DNA from: a virus
Lineage: Duplodnaviria; Caudoviricetes
Virus record (IMG/VR): IMGVR_UViG_2855110455_000001
Span: 3,344 to 67,343 of that record
Reading direction: 5' to 3' (one strand)
DNA: 64,000 nucleotides
Positions 50,251 through 60,703 of the stretch are shown one piece after another. The position numbers and the translations under genes are program-made. The number at the start of each line of letters is the position of its first letter. Position 1 is the first letter of the stretch. A model generated the notes under the pieces. That model worked only from the letters and a program-made list of their open reading frames with translations, was not told the DNA's origin and made no database searches.

Positions 50251-50311
50251 ACAAAGTACTACATCATTTATTTATAACTCAATTTTCATCATTATCAACT
50301 TTCGGTGGTTT

Positions 50312-52387
50312 ATGGAAACAACTAGCTTTATTTCAACAAAAGTAGCTACAAAACTCTTAAAAGTTTTGATTAAAGTGTTAAAAAACAGTGTTGACAAGCG
50401 TAATAATGAGTTGGTTAGGATTAATGATATATTTGGTAATTGTGAGGAACTTGCTAAGTTTTACATACAACCTGATTGCCAGCAGGTAAATCCTGCTGAT
50501 GAGCTTGAAGATGAAACAATATCATCAATAAGAGCTGGAGTTTTTGAGACTATAAACAAATTTCTTAATCGAGATATTGTGACTAGAGATGGAGCAAGTC
50601 AGATGTTTATTCTTGCTGATGCAGGAATGGGAAAAACATCTTTGTTGATGATGGTTAAGCTAAGTCATTTGATGGCTTTCTGGCCGAAAAATTATCAATG
50701 CAAATTACTTAAATTAGGTGCTACCACCTTAAGTGATATCAATGATATAGAAAACAAAAGTCAAACTGTCTTATTGCTAGACTCATTGGATGAAGATACT
50801 CAGTGTAAGCAAGGTGGCACAATTAATCGATTAACTAAGATACTTGAAGCTACTAGCTGTTTTTACCGAGTTGTAATAACTTGTCGTACTCAATTCTTCC
50901 CTGAAACAGCAGGATCTGCTTTTAATACTATGGGTAAAATATCATTTAATAATTATGATTGCCCGTTAGTTTATCTTTCTTTGTTTACTGATGAGCAGGT
51001 GGATGAATATTTAGAAAAGCGTTACCCAAGAAGCTTAAAGTTCCTATTTAACCAATTTTATAACCCCAAATTGTATGATGCTAAACAATCTATAAGAAGC
51101 ATAGGCTCACTTCAGTTTCGACCGTTTTTGTTATCACACGTAGAGACTTTATTGGAAAGTCACCGACAGGGGGCTACTGAGTATGAATTATATAAAGGTT
51201 TAGTAGATACATGGTTAAATCGAGAGGTTATTAAGTTAAGGCAGCATCATGACAAAAATATTAATAAAGATGATTTGCTTAAAGCTTGTATTTGGCTAGC
51301 AGAAACGATGCAGCGACAAGGTAGACATACAGTAGCTTTGAAGCATATTCAGCAGTTATGTCACTGTGATTCTCATATTATTCTATTAGAAGATTCTGCT
51401 GATAGGGTTATTGAAGGAATAGATCATATTGATATTGGAACTAATTCATTACTAAATCGTAATTCATATGGTGAGTTTAGATTTTCTCATTTAAGTATTA
51501 GAGAGTTTCTAATTGTGTATGGAGTTGAGCTTGGTATTCTTGTGGATAAAGGAGACCCATTCCATAAAACTGACAATATGATTAAATTTATTAAAACAGT
51601 AAATAAAAATAAAGTTGGAATGTTTTCTAACGAAAAAAATGGGCTCTTGTTAACTGGGTTTAAGCTCTTGGATAGTCGTCAATTATCTAACTTTGATTTG
51701 AAGTATGCATCTTTGGAGGAAAGTGATTTAAGGAATGCATCACTTAGTTTCATAAATTTGGAAGGGGCAAATCTTCAAGGGGCAAATTTGGACAAAGCGA
51801 ATTTGGAAGAAACCAACTTGAAAGGAGCCAATTTACAGGGGGTAAGTTTACAGGGAGCAAACTTACAAGGAGCAAACTTACAAGGAGCAAATTTACAAGA
51901 TGCCTGTCTAAATGGTGCAATTCTTGACAACGCAAATTTGAATAGCGCCATGTTAACTGGAGCGCAATTAACCATTCTAAATCTACTCCAACAAAAGATG
52001 AGCGGTGCTAGTTTGAGGAATGCAAACCTCAGAATGGCGGACTTAAGTAAAGCAAACTTGGAAGATGCCAATTTAACAGAGGCGTGTTTAACAAGCGCTA
52101 AACTTCAAGCCTCATTATTTTCACGAGCAAACTTTAGTAATGCTCATCTTGATAGTGCTGACTTTAAAAGTTCAATTTTTATAGAAGCTAATTTTGAGAA
52201 TGCTGACCTTACTCAAGCTGACTTTGGCGGTTGTGATTTTACGAATGCAAATTTACAGGGAGCTGATTTGACTGGTAGTGATTTAACTCAAGCTCGTTTA
52301 ACTGGCTCCAATATAACTGACAGTCAACGAGGTGTGGCAATTTTTAGAAAGTATAAAAATGAAAAGCTAAATGAAATAGTATCATAA
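50312..52387 (+). CDS. NACHT/STAND-type NTPase with C-terminal pentapeptide repeats
   Basis: ADAGMGKT Walker A, LLLDSLDE Walker B, ITCR, RPFLL, FSHLSIREF; A(N/D)LxG repeats. Confidence 0.85.
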   Translation: METTSFISTKVATKLLKVLIKVLKNSVDKRNNELVRINDIFGNCEELAKFYIQPDCQQVNPADELEDETISSIRAGVFETINKFLNRDIVTRDGASQMFILADAGMGKTSLLMMVKLSHLMAFWPKNYQCKLLKLGATTLSDINDIENKSQTVLLLDSLDEDTQCKQGGTINRLTKILEATSCFYRVVITCRTQFFPETAGSAFNTMGKISFNNYDCPLVYLSLFTDEQVDEYLEKRYPRSLKFLFNQFYNPKLYDAKQSIRSIGSLQFRPFLLSHVETLLESHRQGATEYELYKGLVDTWLNREVIKLRQHHDKNINKDDLLKACIWLAETMQRQGRHTVALKHIQQLCHCDSHIILLEDSADRVIEGIDHIDIGTNSLLNRNSYGEFRFSHLSIREFLIVYGVELGILVDKGDPFHKTDNMIKFIKTVNKNKVGMFSNEKNGLLLTGFKLLDSRQLSNFDLKYASLEESDLRNASLSFINLEGANLQGANLDKANLEETNLKGANLQGVSLQGANLQGANLQGANLQDACLNGAILDNANLNSAMLTGAQLTILNLLQQKMSGASLRNANLRMADLSKANLEDANLTEACLTSAKLQASLFSRANFSNAHLDSADFKSSIFIEANFENADLTQADFGGCDFTNANLQGADLTGSDLTQARLTGSNITDSQRGVAIFRKYKNEKLNEIVS

Positions 52388-52409
52388 TTAAAAGTACTTA
52401 TTTGATTAT

Positions 52410-52448
52410 AACTTGTAGTGGCTGAGTTAATTTGGCCACTACAAGTTA
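52410..52448. terminator. Hairpin after NACHT gene
   Basis: aacttgtagtggc..gccactacaagtt inverted repeat. Confidence 0.7.
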
Positions 52449-52499
52449 GAGTCGAACTCTAACTTATTTATGTCCCAAAACTAGTTAGATCAAATAGTC

Positions 52500-52780
52500 A
52501 TTCATATTGTATTAACGTGATTTTATCGCTTGAATTTCGTTTTAATAAGAAATTTTTGTTTAATGACAATAAAAGATGTTTCATAAATTATGAAAATAAA
52601 TATTTCACCATTTTATGTTTGTTGTAATTAAGATTAAATAACAATATTCCTTACTTTCCACATACCAAAAAATCACTTTGAAGGATGATGAGCATGTTAA
52701 CTTATGGATATTTATATGTTAAGTAGAATATAATTAATTATAAGCATCTTTTTGCGTAAAAGTAAGAATGCTTATTAATC
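52500..52780 (+). promoter_or_regulatory. Cargo leader copy B
   Basis: TGGATA-18-TATAAT + hairpin 52733-52779; homologous to copy A. Confidence 0.7.
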
Positions 52781-52835
52781 TACGGTTATATGTGCCAGCT
52801 GAAGTTGATAATAATTAAGATTAATGAGGAATTAG

Positions 52836-54497
52836 ATGTTCGAGCCTATGTTTGATACGCAAAATAAGTTGTTGGCTACTGTAATTGGGGTAGGCAGTGT
52901 TGGCTGTAAGATCGTACACGATATGCAATTCAACAATGATTCAGTGGCAAACGATTTGGTAAATAAACTATACGTACACACGACTGAAGAATTGCTTGTT
53001 AAATACACGAGTGAACCTTCTGAATCTTTATTGATCAGTGAGCACATACATTTTTTTGAGAAAGACATTAAAGATAGGGTCTCTGGTAGAGATATTGTTT
53101 TTCTTGTTGCTGGTCTTGGAGGTGAAACTGGTAGTCTAGTCCCTCAACATATAGCACGGATTTCAAAAAAATTAGGTATTTTATGTATAGGGTTATTTTC
53201 GTTTCCATTTGAATTTGAAGGAAGAAGTAAAAAGTTAAAGTCGCAGCAAGCATATTTAACTCTGAGCCAATACACGGATGCTTTGTTGTGTATAGAGAAT
53301 GATCGTTTTTTAGATTCTAATTTAAAAAACAAATCATTATATGGAATAAAAGATTTATTCCATGACTCAAACAGTCATTTTGATGCAGTGATTAAAGGTC
53401 TAGTTGATCTAATAACACGCCCAGGAATGATTAATGTGGATTTTTCTGATGTTAGGCAAATATTAACAAATATGGGTTTAAGTACAGTAGGTTTTTCTCG
53501 TCAACTTGGTGAAGAAAGAGCAGAAAATGCGGTGACTAAATTACTTCAGTCACCAGCATTACAACATTATGAATTGTCAAAAGCTAAAGGTTGTTTAATC
53601 AATATAACAGCAGGTTTAGACATGCGATTAGATGAGTTTGAAGTAATCGGTAATGTTGTAAAGGATTTTGTTGGAAATGACGTAACTGTTGTAATTGGAA
53701 CTTCTTTAGATCCTGAAATGATTAGTGCCATGGAAGTAACAGCAATAATAACTGGTTTACCTGAGTTACCAATAGATAAAAACATAAAAAGCAATGATTT
53801 TGACATTGTTAAATTGTCAAAATCAATTACGTTTGAATCTCATCAAGTAAGTGCAGGACTGTCAATATTATCGTATTTTAACGAGTTCCTTCATCAAAAG
53901 TACTCAGGAACAGAAGCAAAAGTTAGTATTGAACAAAATAGAAATATGGTGCGTCTGATAGTTGAAACACCATCTGGTGAAGTGGAAAAAATAGAAAAAT
54001 CATTACATGAATTTGGTCAAGTTATTGTTGGTAATAAACAGGCAAATGAAATTCTTGAATCAAAATTCGATGTAGAGCGCTTGCAGATGAAGTTAGAAAT
54101 GGCTGCAATGGAGTTAAAGCAAAATGAAAGAATGATGCTTTTGTATCAGGATGAAAACCAGTCTTATAAATCTAGGATTACTTCATTAGAAAATCAAATG
54201 ATTGAACTACAGCGAACAATCTGTAATGGCTTGACGTATTCGCAAAAACAATTGTCATTACAATTTTCTGCGTACAAAAATCTACCAACAAGCTTACTCT
54301 ACTTATTGGAAAATAATGCAGAGAAAGAACTCTCTGAACTAGCAAAAAAACAAATAGGAGAAGAAATTAGCAAGCACATTACAGATAATCACAAGGCTCT
54401 AACTTTAAAAGAGCTAGCTGATAATGCACTTTATGGGGTTGCTGGAAATTCCTTATATTCGCTCATTGTATCGTTGTTAGCCACGTTACCGAAGTGA
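52836..54497 (+). CDS. Divergent FtsZ-like GTPase domain fused to a ~230-aa unknown/coiled-coil domain
   Basis: VIGVG, AGLGGETGS, PFEFEG, IEND, PGMINVDFSDV, AKGCLINITAG, VVIGTSLDPEM..VTAIITGL; no FtsZ C-terminal peptide. Confidence 0.9.
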   Translation: MFEPMFDTQNKLLATVIGVGSVGCKIVHDMQFNNDSVANDLVNKLYVHTTEELLVKYTSEPSESLLISEHIHFFEKDIKDRVSGRDIVFLVAGLGGETGSLVPQHIARISKKLGILCIGLFSFPFEFEGRSKKLKSQQAYLTLSQYTDALLCIENDRFLDSNLKNKSLYGIKDLFHDSNSHFDAVIKGLVDLITRPGMINVDFSDVRQILTNMGLSTVGFSRQLGEERAENAVTKLLQSPALQHYELSKAKGCLINITAGLDMRLDEFEVIGNVVKDFVGNDVTVVIGTSLDPEMISAMEVTAIITGLPELPIDKNIKSNDFDIVKLSKSITFESHQVSAGLSILSYFNEFLHQKYSGTEAKVSIEQNRNMVRLIVETPSGEVEKIEKSLHEFGQVIVGNKQANEILESKFDVERLQMKLEMAAMELKQNERMMLLYQDENQSYKSRITSLENQMIELQRTICNGLTYSQKQLSLQFSAYKNLPTSLLYLLENNAEKELSELAKKQIGEEISKHITDNHKALTLKELADNALYGVAGNSLYSLIVSLLATLPK

Positions 54498-54701
54498 CTC
54501 CTAGGCTCATTAACAATGTATCGGCGGTTTTGGCTTGGGGTTTAGGACGTTTGGATAATTCAGCATTGGCATATCTTATGTCAGCGTTATTCATACTTCC
54601 TTAATACTTACCAGCTCAAATAGAGCAAATAGCCTAACTTATTTCAGTCCAATTTCTGGCTATAATAACAAAGCGATCTATCACCAAGATCGCTTTGCTA
54701 T

Positions 54702-55043
54702 CTAAAAACGCTTTCCAAACCTGCTGGTATTATCTTTCCATTCTTCAACGGCAGAACGTAACCAACGTAAGGGCATCAGTGTAATTGGTTCAGGGAAGCC
54801 GCGTGTTTGTCGCCACTTATAAATTGTTGCTCGACTTGTGATTTGAAACATCTCTAAAACTTCAACGTGACTAATTAAAAGATGTGTTGATTGCTCATTA
54901 ATTTCAGCATAAGTTTTTGCTGGTGGCGGTGAATCAGGTAGTTGCTTTTGTTGTTTACTTTTATAGTGTGACGGTGTCACGTTTAAGCTATTTTCTGTGG
55001 TATATGAGATTTTTACAGTAGGGTAGCTGTTGTAATCGAACAT
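54702..55043 (-). CDS. AlpA-family regulator/excisionase (copy 2)
   Basis: Near-identical to 1151-1492. Confidence 0.85.
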   Translation of the reverse strand: MFDYNSYPTVKISYTTENSLNVTPSHYKSKQQKQLPDSPPPAKTYAEINEQSTHLLISHVEVLEMFQITSRATIYKWRQTRGFPEPITLMPLRWLRSAVEEWKDNTSRFGKRF

Positions 55044-55278
55044 GTTTGATTCCTTATTGGCGTGTTGTGCTAACAAACTTAGAAAGACGAACCCGATTTA
55101 TGGTGTGCAGTGATGGGGATATGGATAGAACTACCCCCAAAAAGCCTAGTAGTAATGTATGTTACGGATATGAGGAGGGAAGGGACTGTGTTAGTAATAT
55201 GCTATTTTGGGTATTATACCTAAAAAGCAAAGAGCCTTGTGTGTGATGAGCTCTTTACTTTTTTAATATATTCTTTTG

Positions 55279-55956
55279 TTACTTTAGAGAGCTAATGAAT
55301 GTCATTAGTTCATGCATTTTTGTTGCTGGCGATTCTGAATTATTTTTTTCACAATAGGTACATAGCCGCTGTGCATTAGTTATAGCGGAAGGAAGTAGTT
55401 GTATTGTATCTTTCAAGGCTGTTTTATTGCTCTTATCATAATTCTTAATAAAACCAGTTAGATCTTTTACCACTTGATTTGAGGCGGTTTTACGTTCCTG
55501 ATCTGTATACAATTTTGTTGTATATTCAAAATGTAGTATTAACCATATTTCAAAACAAGGAATACTTGTAATTGCTGTAAAAATAGGTGCATCATAACCT
55601 ATTGATTTGTTTATGCTATCAACCTTAGATATTGCATTGTAATACCGTGCATGATTATCTTTATCAAAAACACAAAAGACGCGTTCAAAGTCTGGTTTGT
55701 GAGATTTTTTTTCTTCGTTGAAACGACGCTCTGCATCTCTAACTATATCAAGTGGATCTTGCCCTAAGCCAACGATTGAAAAATTTGCTGTTGATAACCT
55801 AAAATGCCTGACAGCCTCAATAAGATAATGATAGCCTGAAACCGTATCCTCACAGACGATTAGAAATTTTGGATATGGTTCTTTTTTTTCATGTGCTCTT
55901 TTTTTTGAACGATTAGCTTTAGCCTTCAATTTATGAAAGATATTATCTTTACCCAT
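55279..55956 (-). CDS. RloB-family protein
   Basis: FLIVCED, FCVFDKD, SIPCFEIWLILHFE, AITNA..P.T motifs. Confidence 0.85.
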   Translation of the reverse strand: MGKDNIFHKLKAKANRSKKRAHEKKEPYPKFLIVCEDTVSGYHYLIEAVRHFRLSTANFSIVGLGQDPLDIVRDAERRFNEEKKSHKPDFERVFCVFDKDNHARYYNAISKVDSINKSIGYDAPIFTAITSIPCFEIWLILHFEYTTKLYTDQERKTASNQVVKDLTGFIKNYDKSNKTALKDTIQLLPSAITNAQRLCTYCEKNNSESPATKMHELMTFISSLK

Positions 55957-57222
55957 TTAACACTCTCTTTCAAAAATAAATGGTAAAGCACCATAAGATC
56001 CTGTGAGATATCTTTCTTCTAGATTTTCGAAGTCCTTTCTCACCTTAAATTCACTTAGGGCGTATAATTCACTCATATTATTTGTTTTTTGCATAAACCA
56101 AATTTGATCTCTTCTAAAGACCGATTGGTTTAAAATTGATGTTTCATGTGTAGTAAAAATTAATTGAGCATTATTTGGATTGGATTTTTTGCAATGAAAT
56201 AATTGAACCATGTGCTTCACTAAAAGCGGATGCAAATTTGAATTTAATTCATCGACAAAAAGAGTTCTACCACACTCTAAAGCATCTAGCCATGGGCCAG
56301 CAAAAGAAAAGAATCTATTCGTGCCATCAGATTCTTCTTCCATATCAAAAGGGACAGGCTGGCCATCCTCATCATTACGAATAAATTTTGTATCGTAAAT
56401 AATTTCACCTTCCAGCTTTTCAGCGATTTGTTCCTTTAAGGCTGAAGGCATTTCTTCTGGAAGGTTATTAATATGGAACTCTTCGCTTTCTACCTGAATA
56501 TCATCAACTAAGATATCTACATCTTTAAGTAATTGGATGATTTTTTCTTTGTTATCTGCATTGTTACATTGCTTGGATGTATAGCTTGAGCTCCAGCCGT
56601 CAATTCCAGAAATTGCAACTTGATCTACAAACCAATTAAAAATATCTTTTAGTTGAACACTATTTAGTTGAACTGCTGTTGATAAAAATAAAGAGTTTTC
56701 TTTTGTTAAGTTGGCCCATGTTTGCTTTTCTCCAGCTAAACTACGACCAAATTCCCACTTATATTCATTATCAGTATCGTCCCAGGCACGTAAAAACCAT
56801 TTTTGAGCTTTCTTTTTAGGGTATGCAAATAGGTATTCTGTCAAGATTCGAGATTGATCATAAGAAAATCCATATAAGTACTTAATATCATTTTCAATGA
56901 ATTCTACTTCAAATTCAGTTGGAGCATTTCTAGAGTGCTTAGAAAGCTTATATGGGTGATAAGGTAACTTTTTATCAATTTGCCATTGAGCTGATTTTAC
57001 AATCATGCGGCGCATTAATGAGAATGCTGAAATAAGATTACTTTTTCCACTTGCATTAGCACCATAAATTGCTGATGTTTTAAGCAATTTTTGGCTGTTA
57101 TTTTCACTTGCCCATTCAAAAGTATTAGTATCTGATTTTTCTGTGTAAGAACTTGGCTCCATGTCTAAGACTTGTTTTGAGCAGATAGACATATAGTTCT
57201 CTACTGCTAGCCGAATGATCAT
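55957..57222 (-). CDS. RloA-like AAA_21/ABC ATPase
   Basis: VENYMSI, IYGANASGKSN, ESDGT, VDEL..LHP, QLIFTTH, RRDQIWF, YL.G.YGA.P. Confidence 0.88.
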   Translation of the reverse strand: MIIRLAVENYMSICSKQVLDMEPSSYTEKSDTNTFEWASENNSQKLLKTSAIYGANASGKSNLISAFSLMRRMIVKSAQWQIDKKLPYHPYKLSKHSRNAPTEFEVEFIENDIKYLYGFSYDQSRILTEYLFAYPKKKAQKWFLRAWDDTDNEYKWEFGRSLAGEKQTWANLTKENSLFLSTAVQLNSVQLKDIFNWFVDQVAISGIDGWSSSYTSKQCNNADNKEKIIQLLKDVDILVDDIQVESEEFHINNLPEEMPSALKEQIAEKLEGEIIYDTKFIRNDEDGQPVPFDMEEESDGTNRFFSFAGPWLDALECGRTLFVDELNSNLHPLLVKHMVQLFHCKKSNPNNAQLIFTTHETSILNQSVFRRDQIWFMQKTNNMSELYALSEFKVRKDFENLEERYLTGSYGALPFIFEREC

Positions 57223-57692
57223 TACATTTCTCCCTTATATTATTAGATTTCCTTGTAATCATTACACTAGAGTGCAGTAAAGTCCAAAAAAATGACATTT
57301 TTTGTGAAAAAAAGCACTTTATTTACATTATATTCTTGTTTTATGTGCCAGTTTTAATCGAATATCGAATTCTATTTGATTTTTAGACTAAATCATAATG
57401 TATTAGGGTGTGTATATTCCTCTGTGTTATATCTAATGCTTATATATGCCAATAATCTATTGTTGGTTGTCAATAATTATTTCTAGATAATATGTTAAAA
57501 GGGTATGTTTGATTTTCAAAAGAGAACTGAGATTAATGTTATGTTTTTGATCTGATAAATTGCAAATGTGTATTAAATAATTATGCATTTGAAGTAATGT
57601 AGAATAAGCTTTTCGAACCGTGGGTTTAAGTTTGCCTTCGTAGTACGGTTAAAGGGATTTACAAGGATGTGGAAAGCCACTTAATTAAGGAG

Positions 57693-59315
57693 TTATAGCT
57701 GGATATTGGTATTAATGATGGCATCGTTATAACCAGACCAATTATCAACACCCGCATTTTCGAGTGCTGTTAAAATGGCATCACGTTTTCGAAGATAATT
57801 CGCTTCTTTAGCGGTTATTTGAACCATTGGTACTGCTTTGATTTCTGATGCTTGTATGCGTTGAGCAAGAATTACTGATTCTAGTGCTTCTTTGTCTTTA
57901 TTTAGCGCATTGCTAATAACATCACTTTGCTTACTTTCTTCGCTAGCGGGTAGTATTTCCTGTTGAGCCTCAACCTTTGCTTGTGCTTTAGCATCTGCTT
58001 CTATCTGCACTTGTTGGCGTTCTTGTTCTAATCGAATATCTTCTGCAGCTTTGTGGTCAGTAATTCGAGTTTTAACAAGAGTATTAAAATCATCGGTATC
58101 TTTGAAGCAAATTGCCGCCCAGTCATTAAATAAGAATTGGTACTCAGCATGTGTCGATAGGGTGGCGTAGTTTTCCTTTGCTTTGTTAGCTAAAAGGTCT
58201 GCTTCTACAAGAGATTGTGCTGCAGCAGTATCTGCAGCTTCCTCCAGTGATTGAACTGTCTTTTTACCTTTCATTGCATTAAGCACTGATACTGTAGGTA
58301 TTGGCATTGGGGCTTTGATTTCTAATGATAACGCATTGAGATGTTGTTGAATTTTAACGTTGGCATCGTTAAGAATACTTTTGCGAATTTCATCCTTGCG
58401 ACTCTTCACTTGTTTATCTGCAGCTAATCGCGCTTGGCGAATTTGTTCACTGACAAACTTCAATTCCTTAATGAACGCATCAATACTTTGGACTTCACCA
58501 AGCACTTGCTCTGATAGTGCTTTTAGTTTGTCTTCTGCACCTTTGAATACTTTGACAAGCTGCTCTGCATCAGCAAACTCTTGGTCAGTTTCAATGGGGA
58601 TTTTTGATTTTTCAATCAGTGCCATGGTAGCTTGTTTGAAAATATCAAAGTTGCTGTTAAGTGTTAGACCATCCATTTTGTAAGTTAAAGCGGGTAGGTC
58701 ACGGATAGGCTCTGCTTCAAGAATAATGATTTCTTCTTTTTGCTCATAATTAGCTAAGTCCTTTTGGAATTGCAGCCAACCGGCAATAAGCTGTTCGCGG
58801 CGCTCTGGCACAGAAACATACTCGCAAGACGCAAAGTTTTCACTTGTACCATCTGAACAAACAAAGATAGTTTTCTCGGCACCTGAAACTAAAAGTTGCT
58901 GCTCTAACTGTCAGTAGTAGTGCGGTTCTAAGTCATTAGCCAGCACTCGCTCATACAAATCTTGATTAAACAACTTATGTTCAAACACCACATCTTCCAT
59001 CATGGTAATGCCATCGAATGAAGATAGCATCCAGTCGTATTCATCACTGATTGCTGTTGCTGGGAATAACTCTTCATCAATGATATTTTCTACGAGTGGA
59101 CGAGCACTATCTTCTGCGGCATGGCCACGGGCAAAGATCTTCTCTTGAAAGCTATTCACTTCAGGTTGTTCACCTGTTGCTTTTTGTTTAAGTAGGGCAT
59201 CACGACTTTGATATTTTGATGCACCCATCATGGCGCTAGATTCTGAAGCTGTAAATTTAGTGGCTCGTAGCGCGTGCCATTGCTGAGTTCCTTGGGTGAC
59301 ATTGATAATTTTCAT
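57693..59315 (-). pseudogene. YqaJ exonuclease copy 2 with premature stop
   Basis: HYY-TGA at 58,913-58,911 where copy 1 has TGG (W); frame otherwise intact. Confidence 0.9.
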
Positions 59316-59368
59316 TAGACTTCCTCCGCTTCACAATTGATGAGTGCTTGTTTTTGAGGTTCAGTTAA
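59315..59368 (-). pseudogene. bet: 3' stub of bet
   Basis: Matches 3281-3334 (one mismatch), then abrupt junction. Confidence 0.85.
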
Positions 59369-59864
59369 CACACAAGGTGTTCCCCAAGATGATAAACAAG
59401 CAGTTAAGTGGTATCGAAAAGCCGCTGAGCAAGGGAATGCGTATGCTCAATATAAACTTGGGTCGATATACGACGGGTCCCAAGACGATAAACAAGCAGC
59501 TAAGTGGTATCGAAAAGCCGCGGAGCAGGGATATGCGGATGCTCAATTCAACCTCGGATTGATGTACGAGAAGGGCATAGGGGTGCCCCAAGACGATAAA
59601 CAAGCAGTTAAGTGGTATCGTAAAGCTGCCGAGCAGGGAGATGGTAGCGCTCAATTATATCTTGGGTGGATGTACTACAGGAGCAAAATGTTCCAAGACA
59701 ATAAACAAGCGTATATGTGGTTCGATTTAGCTAAATATAATGGAATGGATGACATGAAATATAACTTTGATATCATTACTAAAAACATGACATCAAGAGA
59801 TATAAGTGAAGCGCAAGAAAAATCCAAAATATGTTTGGAATCTGATTATAAAGATTGTGATTAA
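59369..59864 (+). pseudogene. 5'-truncated Sel1-repeat protein
   Basis: In-frame QDDKQA(V/A)KWYRKAAEQG..AQ..LG repeats x3, beginning at the junction without a start. Confidence 0.85.
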
Positions 59865-60011
59865 ATATAACCCTCGTTATATGAATTTTAGGTCGCCCTT
59901 GGCGGCCTTTTTTGTATCTAATAGTTACTTTCTAATCTAATTAAGAACCTTGACACATATGAATTCTGTAAATGATAATGACAATCCTTATCATGATAAT
60001 GGAATTGCTAC

Positions 60012-60230
60012 GTGCTAATAAATTCCGCATGCAAATTAATAGTTTTAGCTTTATTTGTGTTTACGATGAACTTTCTAACTACATTATTGCTTAAGTACTA
60101 TGATTATTTTGGTTTTACTGAAAATTCATCGGCAATACATGGCAGTATTATTTCGTTTTACGCGATAACTTCATATAAATTTATTGATTATTTAGTTAAG
60201 AAAATTTCGAATTACAGAGACCAGAAATGA
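60012..60230 (+). CDS. Small membrane protein
   Basis: Two hydrophobic segments, GTG start. Confidence 0.45.
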   Translation: MLINSACKLIVLALFVFTMNFLTTLLLKYYDYFGFTENSSAIHGSIISFYAITSYKFIDYLVKKISNYRDQK

Positions 60231-60703
60231 TTGTTTGGGAGTTTTTACGTTGGCAACATTTTGTGTCTACACGAGGTGTTGCAGTACCTATATAGCCTAA
60301 CTTTTGATTATCATCATGTTCTTTCATTCCTGCATATCGTAACTGTACGCAACGTAAAGATTTATCATTAGACGGGTTCATCCATGATAGGGTGGTATAA
60401 GTTTACTCTAAGTGCATACTTGTAAGCTGCAATTAGATAATTTTGGCATGATATACTGTGTTTAGTAAAAACTTGGTGAGAAGCCTAAATTTCTAATTGT
60501 TAACTTAGTTATCGACGCAATATTGAATGATTGTTATTATAAATATTATATGTATACAGTAGAATTGATTCTGAAATGAACCAATATTTAGATCAAGCAA
60601 ATCGTTGCCCACCTTTAAGTTAATTTAGCGTTGTTGATTAACTCTATTTTCTTCGCCTATAAATTGGTGGGGATGGATTCGTTTGATTTTTATTGGAATA
60701 CCT

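Noticed and set aside
51755-51900. 15-bp DNA repeats
   Set aside because: Explained by pentapeptide (GANLQ) coding
52836-54497. Host ftsZ or PhuZ/TubZ
   Set aside because: No dcw cluster, no C-terminal peptide, degenerate GTP pocket; motifs follow FtsZ proper and no tubR/centromere is seen
54505-54610. Second attC remnant after the FtsZ fusion (taacaa..ggcggttttggcttgg..agcgttattca..cttaa)
   Set aside because: Some VXR-like words, but no proper RYYYAAC/GTTRRRY; too degenerate to call without a covariance search
59377-59640. Spaced direct repeats resembling a CRISPR
   Set aside because: They are the coding repeats of Sel1 (QDDKQAVKWYRKAAEQG)
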